From the IMG/VR virus record IMGVR_UViG_3300031920_000359: 64,000 nt of DNA; one strand, 5' to 3'. The stretch comes from a virus. Of this stretch, positions 31,059 to 40,433 are shown piece by piece. The notes beneath the pieces were generated by a model. The model was not told where the DNA came from. It ran no database searches and worked only from the letters and a program-made list of their open reading frames with translations. Each line of letters begins with the position of its first letter. Positions within the stretch are counted from its first letter, which is position 1. The translations under genes and the position numbers were made by a program.

Positions 31059-32027
31059 GTGAAACAACTTCGTATTAAAGAGGGACAAGGTGATATATTA
31101 CCTAGCGTTGTTTCTCCTGATATTATTGAGCAACAAGTTATTCCAGAAACTAATTTTGTTACACGAGAACAATTTGATGTTGGCCTCGACACTATTGTTG
31201 GTAAAATTGCAAATAGATTTGAATCTAAAAATGCTTTTACTCCAGAAGTACAGGGAGTAATTAAAGCAGTTGATCAAGTCAAAGATTTGACAACGGCACT
31301 AAAAGACCCTGTTTCTATAGGAATAGAAAGTGGTATATCAAATCTAGTTGATAGTGTTATGAACAATGCTTTTACTAATATGCAAGGCGGACAACAAGCA
31401 CCACAAGAACCACCTCTTAAAAATACACTTGCTAAGATTGCTATAAATAATTTAACAGGGGAAAGTTCACCTTTACCGCAACTGTTAGATGCTCTAACTA
31501 ACATATTAGGTAAAGACAAAGTTAGAGATGGTTATGATGCAGGCATGGGTTATATCGAAAAACAACAAAATCAAAATAATTTACCTAATACCGTATTACA
31601 ATTAGATGAAACTAAACAAGAAGATGTTGTTGTTTATGCTCAATTACAAGGTTATAGTGATATACAATATGCTCAAGAAATGCTTATTGAACATAAAAGA
31701 AGGTTGTATGGTGAAATAGAGGAATATCAAAAAATACAACAAGGAGGACAGCAAGCAGCTGTCGTTGAACCTGTTGCAAAAGAACAGTATGTAGAGCAAC
31801 CTGTTGTAGAGCAACCTGTTGTAGAGCAACCTGTTGTAGAGCAACCTGTTGTAGAGCAACTTGTTGCAGAAGAAGAACCTGTAATGAAAGCAAATAAAGT
31901 AGTGGTATTACATAGTAAACCAAGAAAACTTAAAGTTGCAGAAGATAAGGTAAAACAAGATATAGATAATAATGATGATAATGAACTTGTGGATATTGAT
32001 AGTATAATGGATGAATTAGGTGAGTAA
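31059..32027 (+). CDS. Helical protein with EQPVV tandem repeat
   Basis: ORF track; 15-bp repeat at 31791-31865. Confidence 0.75.
   Translation: MKQLRIKEGQGDILPSVVSPDIIEQQVIPETNFVTREQFDVGLDTIVGKIANRFESKNAFTPEVQGVIKAVDQVKDLTTALKDPVSIGIESGISNLVDSVMNNAFTNMQGGQQAPQEPPLKNTLAKIAINNLTGESSPLPQLLDALTNILGKDKVRDGYDAGMGYIEKQQNQNNLPNTVLQLDETKQEDVVVYAQLQGYSDIQYAQEMLIEHKRRLYGEIEEYQKIQQGGQQAAVVEPVAKEQYVEQPVVEQPVVEQPVVEQPVVEQLVAEEEPVMKANKVVVLHSKPRKLKVAEDKVKQDIDNNDDNELVDIDSIMDELGE
31791..31865 (+). repeat. In-frame 15-bp tandem repeat x5
   Basis: GTAGAGCAACCTGTT x4 perfect plus GTAGAGCAACTTGTT. Confidence 0.95.
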
Positions 32028-32484
32028 AATGACAAAGAAAAAAATACTTAAGATAGTTGGTACAGATGTTGATGAACTGAAAAATATTGTCGGAGGAGTT
32101 TTCGATGATAAGTTTCAAGAACAAAAAGATATAGAAAAGAAAAAAGAACATATAAATAAGTTGTTGAAAAAAGATGAGTTAAAACAGAAGTTAAACGAAC
32201 AAAATATAGATGCAAAAATAGAAAAAATAAATGAACCTATTGTAACTGAAGTTAAAGAGCCTGTTATAAATAAACATAGTTGTCCGTCTTGTCAATCTAA
32301 GTTTAAGAAAGTAGCTGATAATTTTGAAGTTTGTGAAGGCTGTGGCACTATAGATATGACGATAAAAAAAGGGCAAAAACTCTTAATTTGTGATAAATGT
32401 GGTGGAATAATTCCCGAATCATTTGTTGGCACCGGTCAAAACTGTCCTCATTGTGGTAGCACAGGTGCACATTGGGCTAAATAA
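32020..32484 (+). CDS. Lys-rich protein with double Zn ribbon
   Basis: CPSC, CEGC, CDKC and CPHC pairs. Confidence 0.7.
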   Translation: MSKMTKKKILKIVGTDVDELKNIVGGVFDDKFQEQKDIEKKKEHINKLLKKDELKQKLNEQNIDAKIEKINEPIVTEVKEPVINKHSCPSCQSKFKKVADNFEVCEGCGTIDMTIKKGQKLLICDKCGGIIPESFVGTGQNCPHCGSTGAHWAK

Positions 32485-32956
32485 TTAAAAATACGAATGT
32501 TTAGGTGATAACATTGGCAAATAAAGAAGTTAATAAACAAATTAAATTCGAAGATGCGAATAAGACTGCAAATAAATTTGTCGATATTATTGCTCCCACA
32601 TTTGGATTAAAAATTGGAATTAAAACTATTATTAAAACTAGATTGAAATTAGTTAATGATGAAGAACTTAGGACATGTTTAACTGATGTTCTAAAATTTT
32701 TGGCGACTGAATATAAAAAGTAGTTTAGTTGTATTTAGGTGATATAATTGGAAATTACAACAGAAAAAAGACTAAGAGGAGAAACAGTACGACCGGCATT
32801 ATCTCTTTGTCGTACTATATGGGAATTTTTTTGTTTGAAATATCCAGTAAATGAACATCGAAACGAAATTATTGAAAACTTGATAGTTGAACAATTAGAA
32901 AATGAAATAATTGTTCCCCCTAATATGGACTTTAAATTACCATAGTTTAATGCTAA

Positions 32957-33016
32957 CTTTGTCTTTTTTTGCTTTGTCTTCTTTTGCTTTGTCTTTTTTT
33001 TGCTTTGTCTTTTTTC
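32957..33016 (+). terminator. Four tandem (G)CTTTGTCTTTTTT units; T-tract terminator array
   Basis: Direct repeats with oligo-T just upstream of the putative late promoter. Confidence 0.6.
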
Positions 33017-33078
33017 TACGTTTCCCTATATAATAGATTCCCTAATAGTCTAATATAGTCTAATATAGTCCGATTCTT

Positions 33079-33092
33079 AGCGTTATATATAG
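33079..33092 (+). promoter_or_regulatory. Putative promoter of the structural operon
   Basis: AGCGTTATATATAG after the terminator array. Confidence 0.45.
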
Positions 33093-33517
33093 TTATAGCC
33101 CTTAGTAACTACTATAGATAGACCTATAGAAAATAGGAACAATCTTAATTATAACAATTAAAGGAGACATGAATTGAGTTATTGTCCGTTATGTGCGCCA
33201 CAAGTTGGTATAAGTGATGATGGTGAATGGGTTATTGTGAGATTTTTTCCAAAATCGGAAATTGATCAGGCTACTCTTCAAACACGTTTATATGAACTTG
33301 AAACAGGAATGCATATAATCAGAGAAGGATGGTTTAAAGGGTTTGAAAAAATAGATGAAAATATTTTGCTCTATGAACAAATACATTCTTATGATGATTG
33401 GACAGTAAAACACATGTTGGATAGTGACGAAATAGAACAAGAAATGGAAATTGCTACTCGGTATCTTTAAATGTTATAAAATTAATTTAATTAAATAAAC
33501 AATGGAGATGAAAGAAT

Positions 33518-33736
33518 ATGGTAAAAGTTTCAGGTAAAAGCTTGATGAGTGGTTTTTATATTAGAAGGGCTCCTTCAGGTGGATATTCTTTTTCTGCTAA
33601 ACCAGAAAAATATCCAGCTACTCCTCAACAGAAGAGAATTAAAGCATATGCAGCTGAATGTGGCATAAAGAAAGGAATCAGCAAAAATGAGTTGCAAGCA
33701 GGTATGGCGTGCATGAAAGAAAAGTTCAGCAAATAA
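33518..33736 (+). CDS. Small basic protein; candidate genome-condensing nucleoprotein
   Basis: 72 aa, K/R-rich, YIRRAP...PATPQQKRIKAYA; strong GGAG RBS; first of the GC-richer structural genes. Confidence 0.45.
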   Translation: MVKVSGKSLMSGFYIRRAPSGGYSFSAKPEKYPATPQQKRIKAYAAECGIKKGISKNELQAGMACMKEKFSK

Positions 33737-33761
33737 TTATCTATTATAAGGAGCGATTTAA

Positions 33762-34349
33762 ATGGTAGATATAACGCAAGCAACGATGAAAGGTGGTGTT
33801 ATGGATTGTCTCCAGGCCACACTTCATCAGGATAATATTCCAACCTACTTGGGCATCGGCGGAGGGCTGATTGCTGGTAATATGGTTGGTAAGAAAATAG
33901 AAGACATTTATAATGATACTAAAGAAGTTGGTGAAGTTCCTGATAGATGGGTACAGCTTATAGCGAGAACCACAGGAAGGTTACTAACATCGGGTATGGT
34001 CTGTGCTTTAGCAGGAAGTGCTGATGGTGAAATGAAAGAGGGTTTACAAATGGCCGCTGTCGGTTCTGTTGGTTTTGTAGCAGTCGATATAATACGTGAA
34101 CTAACTAAACCTGATGTAGGAGAAGAAGCATCTTGGATTGTTGATTATTTGACACTTCAGGGTAGACCAACTACACGTAGAGCAGTACCTAGAAGCAGAC
34201 TTGTAAATAGAGAGTCAAGGCAAATGGCACTTGAGAATAGGTCTCCTGTTAGAACACCAAGACCGGTAGCTATGCAAGGTAGACCCGCAATGGAATCTGC
34301 TGCATTAGCTCCACAGCCGCTAATGCGAACAGCCTCTTTGAGGATTTAA
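33762..34349 (+). CDS. Membrane-associated virion protein with Arg-rich tail
   Basis: Gly-rich hydrophobic helices (YLGIGGGLIAG; AAVGSVGFVAV) and an Arg/Pro-rich C-terminus. Confidence 0.5.
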   Translation: MVDITQATMKGGVMDCLQATLHQDNIPTYLGIGGGLIAGNMVGKKIEDIYNDTKEVGEVPDRWVQLIARTTGRLLTSGMVCALAGSADGEMKEGLQMAAVGSVGFVAVDIIRELTKPDVGEEASWIVDYLTLQGRPTTRRAVPRSRLVNRESRQMALENRSPVRTPRPVAMQGRPAMESAALAPQPLMRTASLRI

Positions 34350-34371
34350 ATATATAATAATATAAATATAG

Positions 34372-34872
34372 GTGAATGAAATGAATGTAAGAGAAAAAGC
34401 TGAAGCTGCAATGGTTAAAGCTGAACAAGATGCAGTAGATTATGTTAATGCTGCAGGGTTTAATACAACGTCTATACGTGACCTTAGACCAGACGACCTT
34501 AAGGACTTTACTTGTGGTACAGGCGGTACTTCCAAAACTATGGGAGAAAATGATTTAACCGTAGCTACAGGAACTACAGAGAATACACTTGCTACTGATA
34601 TTCTGAATAACGAATCATATGTTATTGAGGGTATATATCTTCCCGCAGTAACTGGTATCACAACTAGTTACGTAAGCATGTTTATCGGTGACGCTAAACA
34701 GAGATGGTTCCGTGGTGCAAAAGTAACCGCTGAACCAAATAGCACATTTTACTTTGATGCTCCTTTGGTGGTTAAACCAAGCGAAACTATCAAGATTAAG
34801 TTCTTGACAAGTGCAGCTAGTGCAACTCATCCGATCGAGATAATTGGTAAGAAAGTCAAAGGTCAAGCATAA
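34372..34872 (+). CDS. Candidate single-jelly-roll major capsid protein
   Basis: Helical N-arm then alternating beta strands (YVIEGIYL, YVSMFIG, FYFDAPLVVKPSETIKIKF, IEIIGKKV); C-ending codons more frequent than in flanking genes; position in operon. Confidence 0.5.
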   Translation: MNEMNVREKAEAAMVKAEQDAVDYVNAAGFNTTSIRDLRPDDLKDFTCGTGGTSKTMGENDLTVATGTTENTLATDILNNESYVIEGIYLPAVTGITTSYVSMFIGDAKQRWFRGAKVTAEPNSTFYFDAPLVVKPSETIKIKFLTSAASATHPIEIIGKKVKGQA

Positions 34873-34891
34873 GCACAAAGGAGCGATTTAA

Positions 34892-35473
34892 ATGGCAAGT
34901 ATAGACGAAATGAATTTTGTTACTGCCTTTTATGCTCCTGGTGTCGTTGGTGGTAACGCAGAAGATAATTTACCAGTTAATTACCCAGAAATACAAGAAC
35001 TTCTGGGTGGTTTACATATTGCAACAAATGCAGCAGGTACACTATTAGATCCAACACCATTGGTTGTAAAAGCAACAACGGCTACTCCTGGTGCAGGTTT
35101 TATAAGTCTCAGTGATGGAAACACTTTTAGACTTGGAACAGCAGCTGATATATTAACTAGATTAGTTATATGTTATAAAGCAGTTTCAGGTGTAAATGAT
35201 AAAAAACTAATAACTGCTATATTTGTTCCTGGTGCAGTAGCTGTTGATGTTGCACAAGATTTACCAACATATTATCCTGAAATAGATTATGTAATTGGTG
35301 GTGTGCATATGGAAGTAACTACTGATGATGTTGTTAGAGTTGAATTAGCAGGAGCTGTCCCAACAGGCACATTAGGTTCAGGATATGTATCTAAATCTGT
35401 CGGTAATGCTATTATAATGGGCGATCAGTGTACTACTTCTACTTTGGTAGTGTTAACATATAGGGCGGTGTAA
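34892..35473 (+). CDS. Virion protein with two copies of a ~97-aa beta domain
   Basis: LPxxYPEIxxxxGG...GxG(F/Y)xS...GN...Y(K/R)AV twice. Confidence 0.65.
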   Translation: MASIDEMNFVTAFYAPGVVGGNAEDNLPVNYPEIQELLGGLHIATNAAGTLLDPTPLVVKATTATPGAGFISLSDGNTFRLGTAADILTRLVICYKAVSGVNDKKLITAIFVPGAVAVDVAQDLPTYYPEIDYVIGGVHMEVTTDDVVRVELAGAVPTGTLGSGYVSKSVGNAIIMGDQCTTSTLVVLTYRAV

Positions 35474-35475
35474 AT

Positions 35476-35787
35476 ATGGCTGAAATAAGTGGAGTTAAGT
35501 CTATGACCGTTACTTGGTCGCCATATGCAAACAAAGCTGTTCCAGCTGATGTACCTATTGATACAGCGTTTGATTTACCTGTAGGATTTCCTGAAATTCA
35601 GGCACTAATTGGTGGAGAACAAATGGCACAAGCAGCAGGAGAATATACAGTAATACCCTTAGTTGCAGCGGTTCCGACAACCACATTAGGTACTGGATAT
35701 ATGTCTCAAGTTGATGGTAATAGTATCAAAATGGGCGACATTAATCAAATCAAAGATACAGTATCTATAACATATAGATATGTGTAA
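35476..35787 (+). CDS. Virion protein with a third copy of the same domain
   Basis: LPVGFPEIQALIGG...LGTGYMSQVDGNSIKMGD...TYRYV. Confidence 0.65.
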   Translation: MAEISGVKSMTVTWSPYANKAVPADVPIDTAFDLPVGFPEIQALIGGEQMAQAAGEYTVIPLVAAVPTTTLGTGYMSQVDGNSIKMGDINQIKDTVSITYRYV

Positions 35788-35835
35788 CTTGATCAATAGC
35801 ATTTAAGTATAGATAGACGAACAACAAAATACTGT

Positions 35836-35875
35836 TAGGATGGTATATTTATGTATCATCCTATAATTTTTTTTA
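35836..35875 (+). terminator. Hairpin plus T-tract terminator closing the core structural operon
   Basis: TAGGATGGTATA-ttta-TGTATCATCCTA then ATTTTTTTT. Confidence 0.7.
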
Positions 35876-35880
35876 ATTAT

Positions 35881-35920
35881 TATTAGTTTTTATTAGATTT
35901 TATTAGTTTTTATTAGTTTT
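35881..35920 (+). repeat. 10-bp tandem repeat x4
   Basis: TATTAGTTTT TATTAGATTT TATTAGTTTT TATTAGTTTT. Confidence 0.9.
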
Positions 35921-35980
35921 TATTGAATTATTATATAGTTATTAATCAAAATATACCGATAACAAAAAGAGGTGTAAAAT

Positions 35981-36913
35981 ATGACAATATATTCAGCGGA
36001 ACCAGATGGTTATAACATTAAGATTGGCCATAATTTATATGAAGTAGAACTTGGAAATTATTTTCATGTTACAGATAAAAAGAATTTTCAAGTAAAGAAA
36101 GACCAAATATTGACAGCAGGAGAAAATGTGCAGTCAATACAACTTACTGAGTTAAAATCTTCAATATCAGAAGTGTATTGGATTGAAAGTATTATTTTAA
36201 TGAATAATATTAAGTTATGGATGAGATATAGAGATAAAGAATTGTTTTCGACTAACACTACGTCATATCTTGATTTTGATATGAGTAATATAGTTTCACC
36301 ATTTAATATTAATAAATGGATGTTTAATTATACTCCTACTATGGAAATGACAGAAAATGCTAACTTAGCAGTAACTGCAAGTGTACATTTTAAAGGCATT
36401 ACCTTTGAAGTTAAACAGTACAAAGAAGACAGAGAAGAAGATAAAAAAATAATTGACGATATAATGGCAGGTAAAGTCAAGTGTTGGAATGTGAGAGGAT
36501 AATTGAGGAGATGATTATAAATGAGTGAAGGATTGACAATTTTACCATATTATAAAAATGAAGCTACTGGAACTATGGAACCTTGGGAAGGTAGAGACGC
36601 AGTAGATAATTATATTACAACTGATGAAGTAGATTGTACAAATGTGGGTACAGATGTAGTCGTAGCTATTACTAGTGGTTTTAAAGGCTATGTTACTTTT
36701 TTAAGTATGTATAATTCGAATGCAGCAGCTCAAACATTTGTTCTTGAAGATACTAGTGGCATTAAAAAGACACTAACGATAGGTACTCTTGAAACGGTAA
36801 CTTGGATTGGTGAAAATCCATTTATAGTACTATCTGCTGGTAATGTTACAGGTACAGCAGGAACAGGAAATCATATACAGGTCACAATGACATACTTTGA
36901 AAGAAAGGCATAA
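35981..36913 (+). CDS. Two small beta-rich (jelly-roll-like) structural proteins (35981-36502, 36521-36913)
   Basis: Alternating hydrophobic strand pattern; location in the structural module. Confidence 0.4.
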
Positions 36914-36960
36914 TCATATTAATTTATGATTATATTTTTTATAATAAAAGGTGATTAAAT

Positions 36961-37881
36961 ATGGCACTAATAAGTAAAGCTAATCAAAGTGCGTTGGGTA
37001 TTGCTGAAGGTAGTATTGAGTTAGACCAAATTGAGGATATTACTGATGGTGAGATAGTAGTTGGTAGTGCAGCAAATGTACCTACAGCAGTGGCACTATC
37101 AGGAGATGTTGCTATTATTAACAGCGGAACATCTACTATTCAAGAAGGTGCTGTCGAAGATTCAATGATAGAAGCTCTCGCTAGTGGTGAACTCATAATT
37201 GGTGTTGATGGTACAGCAGCAAATAATGCTAAAGTTACTACTTCTGGTGATGCTATTATAGCAAACGATGGTGCAGTTACTATTCAAGAAGGTGCTGTCG
37301 AAGATAGTATGATCGAGGGATTAACTGCTGGGCAGATTATTCTTGGAGTAGATGGAACAGCAGCTAATAATTTAAAGGCAGTATTCTCTGGTGATGTTAC
37401 AATGGATGCTACTGCGGCAGTAACAATTGGTGCTGGTGTAGTCGATGAAGCAATGTTAGTAGTACCATCAGGCGATGGGTTAAATGCTAAAAGAATTGCT
37501 AGAGCAACATATGATTTTACAGTCGATGGTGGTGCAATTAGTACAATTGGTCTAGGTACTATTTTACCTGATAATGCTGTTGTTACAAGAACTTGGTACG
37601 AAGTTATTACAACATTAACTAGTAATGCAGGTAATGATGCAGGATCAGTATCTTTTGATATACCCGTCGATGATGTAGCAGGTTTAGTTGCAGCAACTGT
37701 AATTAGTGCTGGCGGCGATATTTGGGATGCTGGATATCACGAAGGCATTCAAGATGGAACGGCAGCTGCTTTTGCGGTAAAAACTACCGGAGCAAGAGAA
37801 TTATCGGTAACAATTGCAGTCGAAGCTATCGATGCAGCAGGTATAGTTGTGTTCTTCTGTGAATACGTAGTTACTGAATAA
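36961..37881 (+). CDS. Fibre/spike-like protein with shaft repeats
   Basis: TIQEGAVEDSMIE.L..G..I.GVDGTAANN.K...SGD repeated; C-terminal beta domain. Confidence 0.55.
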   Translation: MALISKANQSALGIAEGSIELDQIEDITDGEIVVGSAANVPTAVALSGDVAIINSGTSTIQEGAVEDSMIEALASGELIIGVDGTAANNAKVTTSGDAIIANDGAVTIQEGAVEDSMIEGLTAGQIILGVDGTAANNLKAVFSGDVTMDATAAVTIGAGVVDEAMLVVPSGDGLNAKRIARATYDFTVDGGAISTIGLGTILPDNAVVTRTWYEVITTLTSNAGNDAGSVSFDIPVDDVAGLVAATVISAGGDIWDAGYHEGIQDGTAAAFAVKTTGARELSVTIAVEAIDAAGIVVFFCEYVVTE

Positions 37882-38666
37882 TAGATAAACGTTTGACTTG
37901 ATTGGGGTTATGTTAGGTTTCGATTTGCTCACCTATTATATATTTAAAAATTCCAAAGCATAGCCCTATCATACTATTATAATTATTTAAATTAAGGTGA
38001 TTAATTATGACATTTGATCCAACTAAAGAATATCATTTAACTCATGTTTCAGAACATGAAGTTACATACTTTGAATATAAATTAAGTGAAGCCATAACAT
38101 TAATAGCCGATTATCTTGATGAGTCAAGAAAAGAAACAGTAGAAATTATACTTGATAGATGTGACACCGAAAATATAAGTTTGGCTGTACTTGAAATGAT
38201 AACTTATATGTATGCTGATGTTGCCTCAAAATTAGAAGACGTAAATAAATATTTATATGATTGATAAATTTTATATAGTTTAAGGTAATTAATTATGGAA
38301 ACTATTTGGCTTGAAATTGATGGTAGTGAAATGATGGCTACTGATTTTGCTGTCTTTTTAGAATTTTTGAGTGCTTATCATATGAAATATACGTCTTATT
38401 ATAGTGAAGATGAAAAAATAGTCATGGAAGTTGTTGGTGATATTACTAAACCCTTCAATAGAAGTTTAGCTTCACTTATGTATAGTCATCCTATTAGCGA
38501 ATTACATGAAAAACCTTATCTTTCTGATATTGATTTAATAGATGAAATAAGTAGTACTTAAATTAATTTAACTATTTATTATGAAAACTGTTGTATTGCC
38601 TGATTGGACTTACTTGATTATAATGTTTATGTTAATTATAGGTAGTAGTAAATTGTAGGAGATTGA

Positions 38667-39626
38667 TTGATGATAACGCCGAATCTTTTGTTTAGTTCAA
38701 AATTTGATGATGATGTAGTAATTAGTGAGCCATATATTGAAAATGGTGTATGGAAGCAAAAAGTTAATGGAATAGAGATTGTAAGTAATTATGATTGGGC
38801 TACTGATTTTCCTGGTAATAGTGGTTTGAATTATTTTAATTATGATGTTAATTCTGATAAAGTTTTAAGTAATTATGTTGAGACTAATATTGAAACTGTT
38901 ACAGATAACCAAGGCAATGAAATAAAAGCTTTACATCAAGTAGTAAAAATGGATGATCCTGGTAATGCAGGTATTACACAAAATCAATATAATGTTTTCC
39001 CTGTTGATGATGAAACTATGGGAAATTTGAAATATTTATATATGAGTTATGATATTAAATTACAAGAAAATCTAATTGATGTTTTATCTCAGCGTATCTT
39101 AATGGAGTGGGATAATACTGATTATCGTTGGAGCTTATATATTGTTAAAGATATAACGGGAACTCCTGTTTGGCATCTTCAAGGTGAAACGATAGAAGGT
39201 GGTGAAGTTATTATAGATTGGACTGAAAATAATAATAACGTTACTGTGCCGGTTGGTGAATTTTTTAAACTTGAAATATTTTGGAAACATAGTAGCGATG
39301 TAGACGGTCGAATATGGGTTGCTGTAAATGGAGTAGATGTTTTCTATCATAGAGGAACAAATAAGATTGACCATAAAATTGGTGTGTGGAATCCTATTAA
39401 AATGTTAGGTTCATTAGAATTAGGCTTACAAGAACAATGGATTACTAATGTTGAAATATGGGATGATATACCACTATCTGAAGTAAAAGAAGAAAGTAAC
39501 TTGCTTTTATATGCAGCACTTGCTGGTCTTGGATTACTAATATGGACAAATGACAATGACTATGATGAAGAGTATGAAGAAAGAAAACGAAAAGCTGCTA
39601 GAGCAAAGAAAAAAAGTAGGAGCTGA
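38667..39626 (+). CDS. Concanavalin/polysaccharide-lyase-like domain protein with C-terminal TM anchor
   Basis: FKLEIFWKHSSDVDGRIWVAVNG; LLLYAALAGLGLLIW plus basic tail. Confidence 0.5.
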   Translation: MMITPNLLFSSKFDDDVVISEPYIENGVWKQKVNGIEIVSNYDWATDFPGNSGLNYFNYDVNSDKVLSNYVETNIETVTDNQGNEIKALHQVVKMDDPGNAGITQNQYNVFPVDDETMGNLKYLYMSYDIKLQENLIDVLSQRILMEWDNTDYRWSLYIVKDITGTPVWHLQGETIEGGEVIIDWTENNNNVTVPVGEFFKLEIFWKHSSDVDGRIWVAVNGVDVFYHRGTNKIDHKIGVWNPIKMLGSLELGLQEQWITNVEIWDDIPLSEVKEESNLLLYAALAGLGLLIWTNDNDYDEEYEERKRKAARAKKKSRS

Positions 39627-39631
39627 ATAGT

Positions 39632-40396
39632 ATGATAAAAGATCAAGACATAGAGTTTCTTGTTAATAATCATATGTTAGATAAACATACGCATTTAGAT
39701 AACTTATTAGCTGCAAATGTCACGGTTTTACTTGAAATAAAAGATAAAATGAAAGACATTTCTTTTGATGCAAGTGAAATAGGTGATATCAATGTTGCAG
39801 TAGACCTCGATGCACTAATAGCACGTATTGATGAAGGCATTATTACTTTTTCAAATGACAATAAATATTATGGTAGTTTAGTTGGTAGCGAAGGCTACGC
39901 ATTAGGTTCTGCTGATGTAAATGGTATGGTTAGTGTGATGGTAGGAACTAATGCCTATCCTTGTATAGCAAAGGAAAATATTTTAAAATTTGAAAAAGTT
40001 GCACTAATTGGTGGTACTGATGATGAACCACATGTTATTTCAGCTTTTAAAGGTGTTAGAACTAATGAAGTCGATGGGTTGTTGAATTATTCGATAACAA
40101 ATACACTAACACATTTTTCTAATATTGTTGATGATATTAAATTTGGTATAGTAACTCTTCATGTTGCAAATACTTTAGACCAAGATGTAGTCATACAAAT
40201 GAGAGGCAACATTTTAAATTCTAGAGAAGGAGCAATTGAAATGGGAACATCGTTTACAGTTTTATCTTCGAATTATGCAGCTAGAACCATAACTACAGTA
40301 GGCGATGGTTGGATGCCATACGTTTACTTTGAAGCAACTTGTGCTACAGCTCCAACAAGCGGAAACATAACAGGCAAGTTCTCAATGCGAACATAA
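39632..40396 (+). CDS. Structural protein, helical N-terminus plus beta-sandwich
   Basis: ORF track; strand pattern. Confidence 0.5.
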   Translation: MIKDQDIEFLVNNHMLDKHTHLDNLLAANVTVLLEIKDKMKDISFDASEIGDINVAVDLDALIARIDEGIITFSNDNKYYGSLVGSEGYALGSADVNGMVSVMVGTNAYPCIAKENILKFEKVALIGGTDDEPHVISAFKGVRTNEVDGLLNYSITNTLTHFSNIVDDIKFGIVTLHVANTLDQDVVIQMRGNILNSREGAIEMGTSFTVLSSNYAARTITTVGDGWMPYVYFEATCATAPTSGNITGKFSMRT

Positions 40397-40433
40397 TTAA
40401 TATGATTAATATAAGTTATTGAGGTGATATGAA

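Noticed and set aside
37890-37975. Long imperfect hairpin with a minus-strand AGGTGAG RBS-like site
   Set aside because: Pairing needs a mismatch, a bulge and wobbles, and no start codon follows the RBS-like site; probably a terminator/promoter gap
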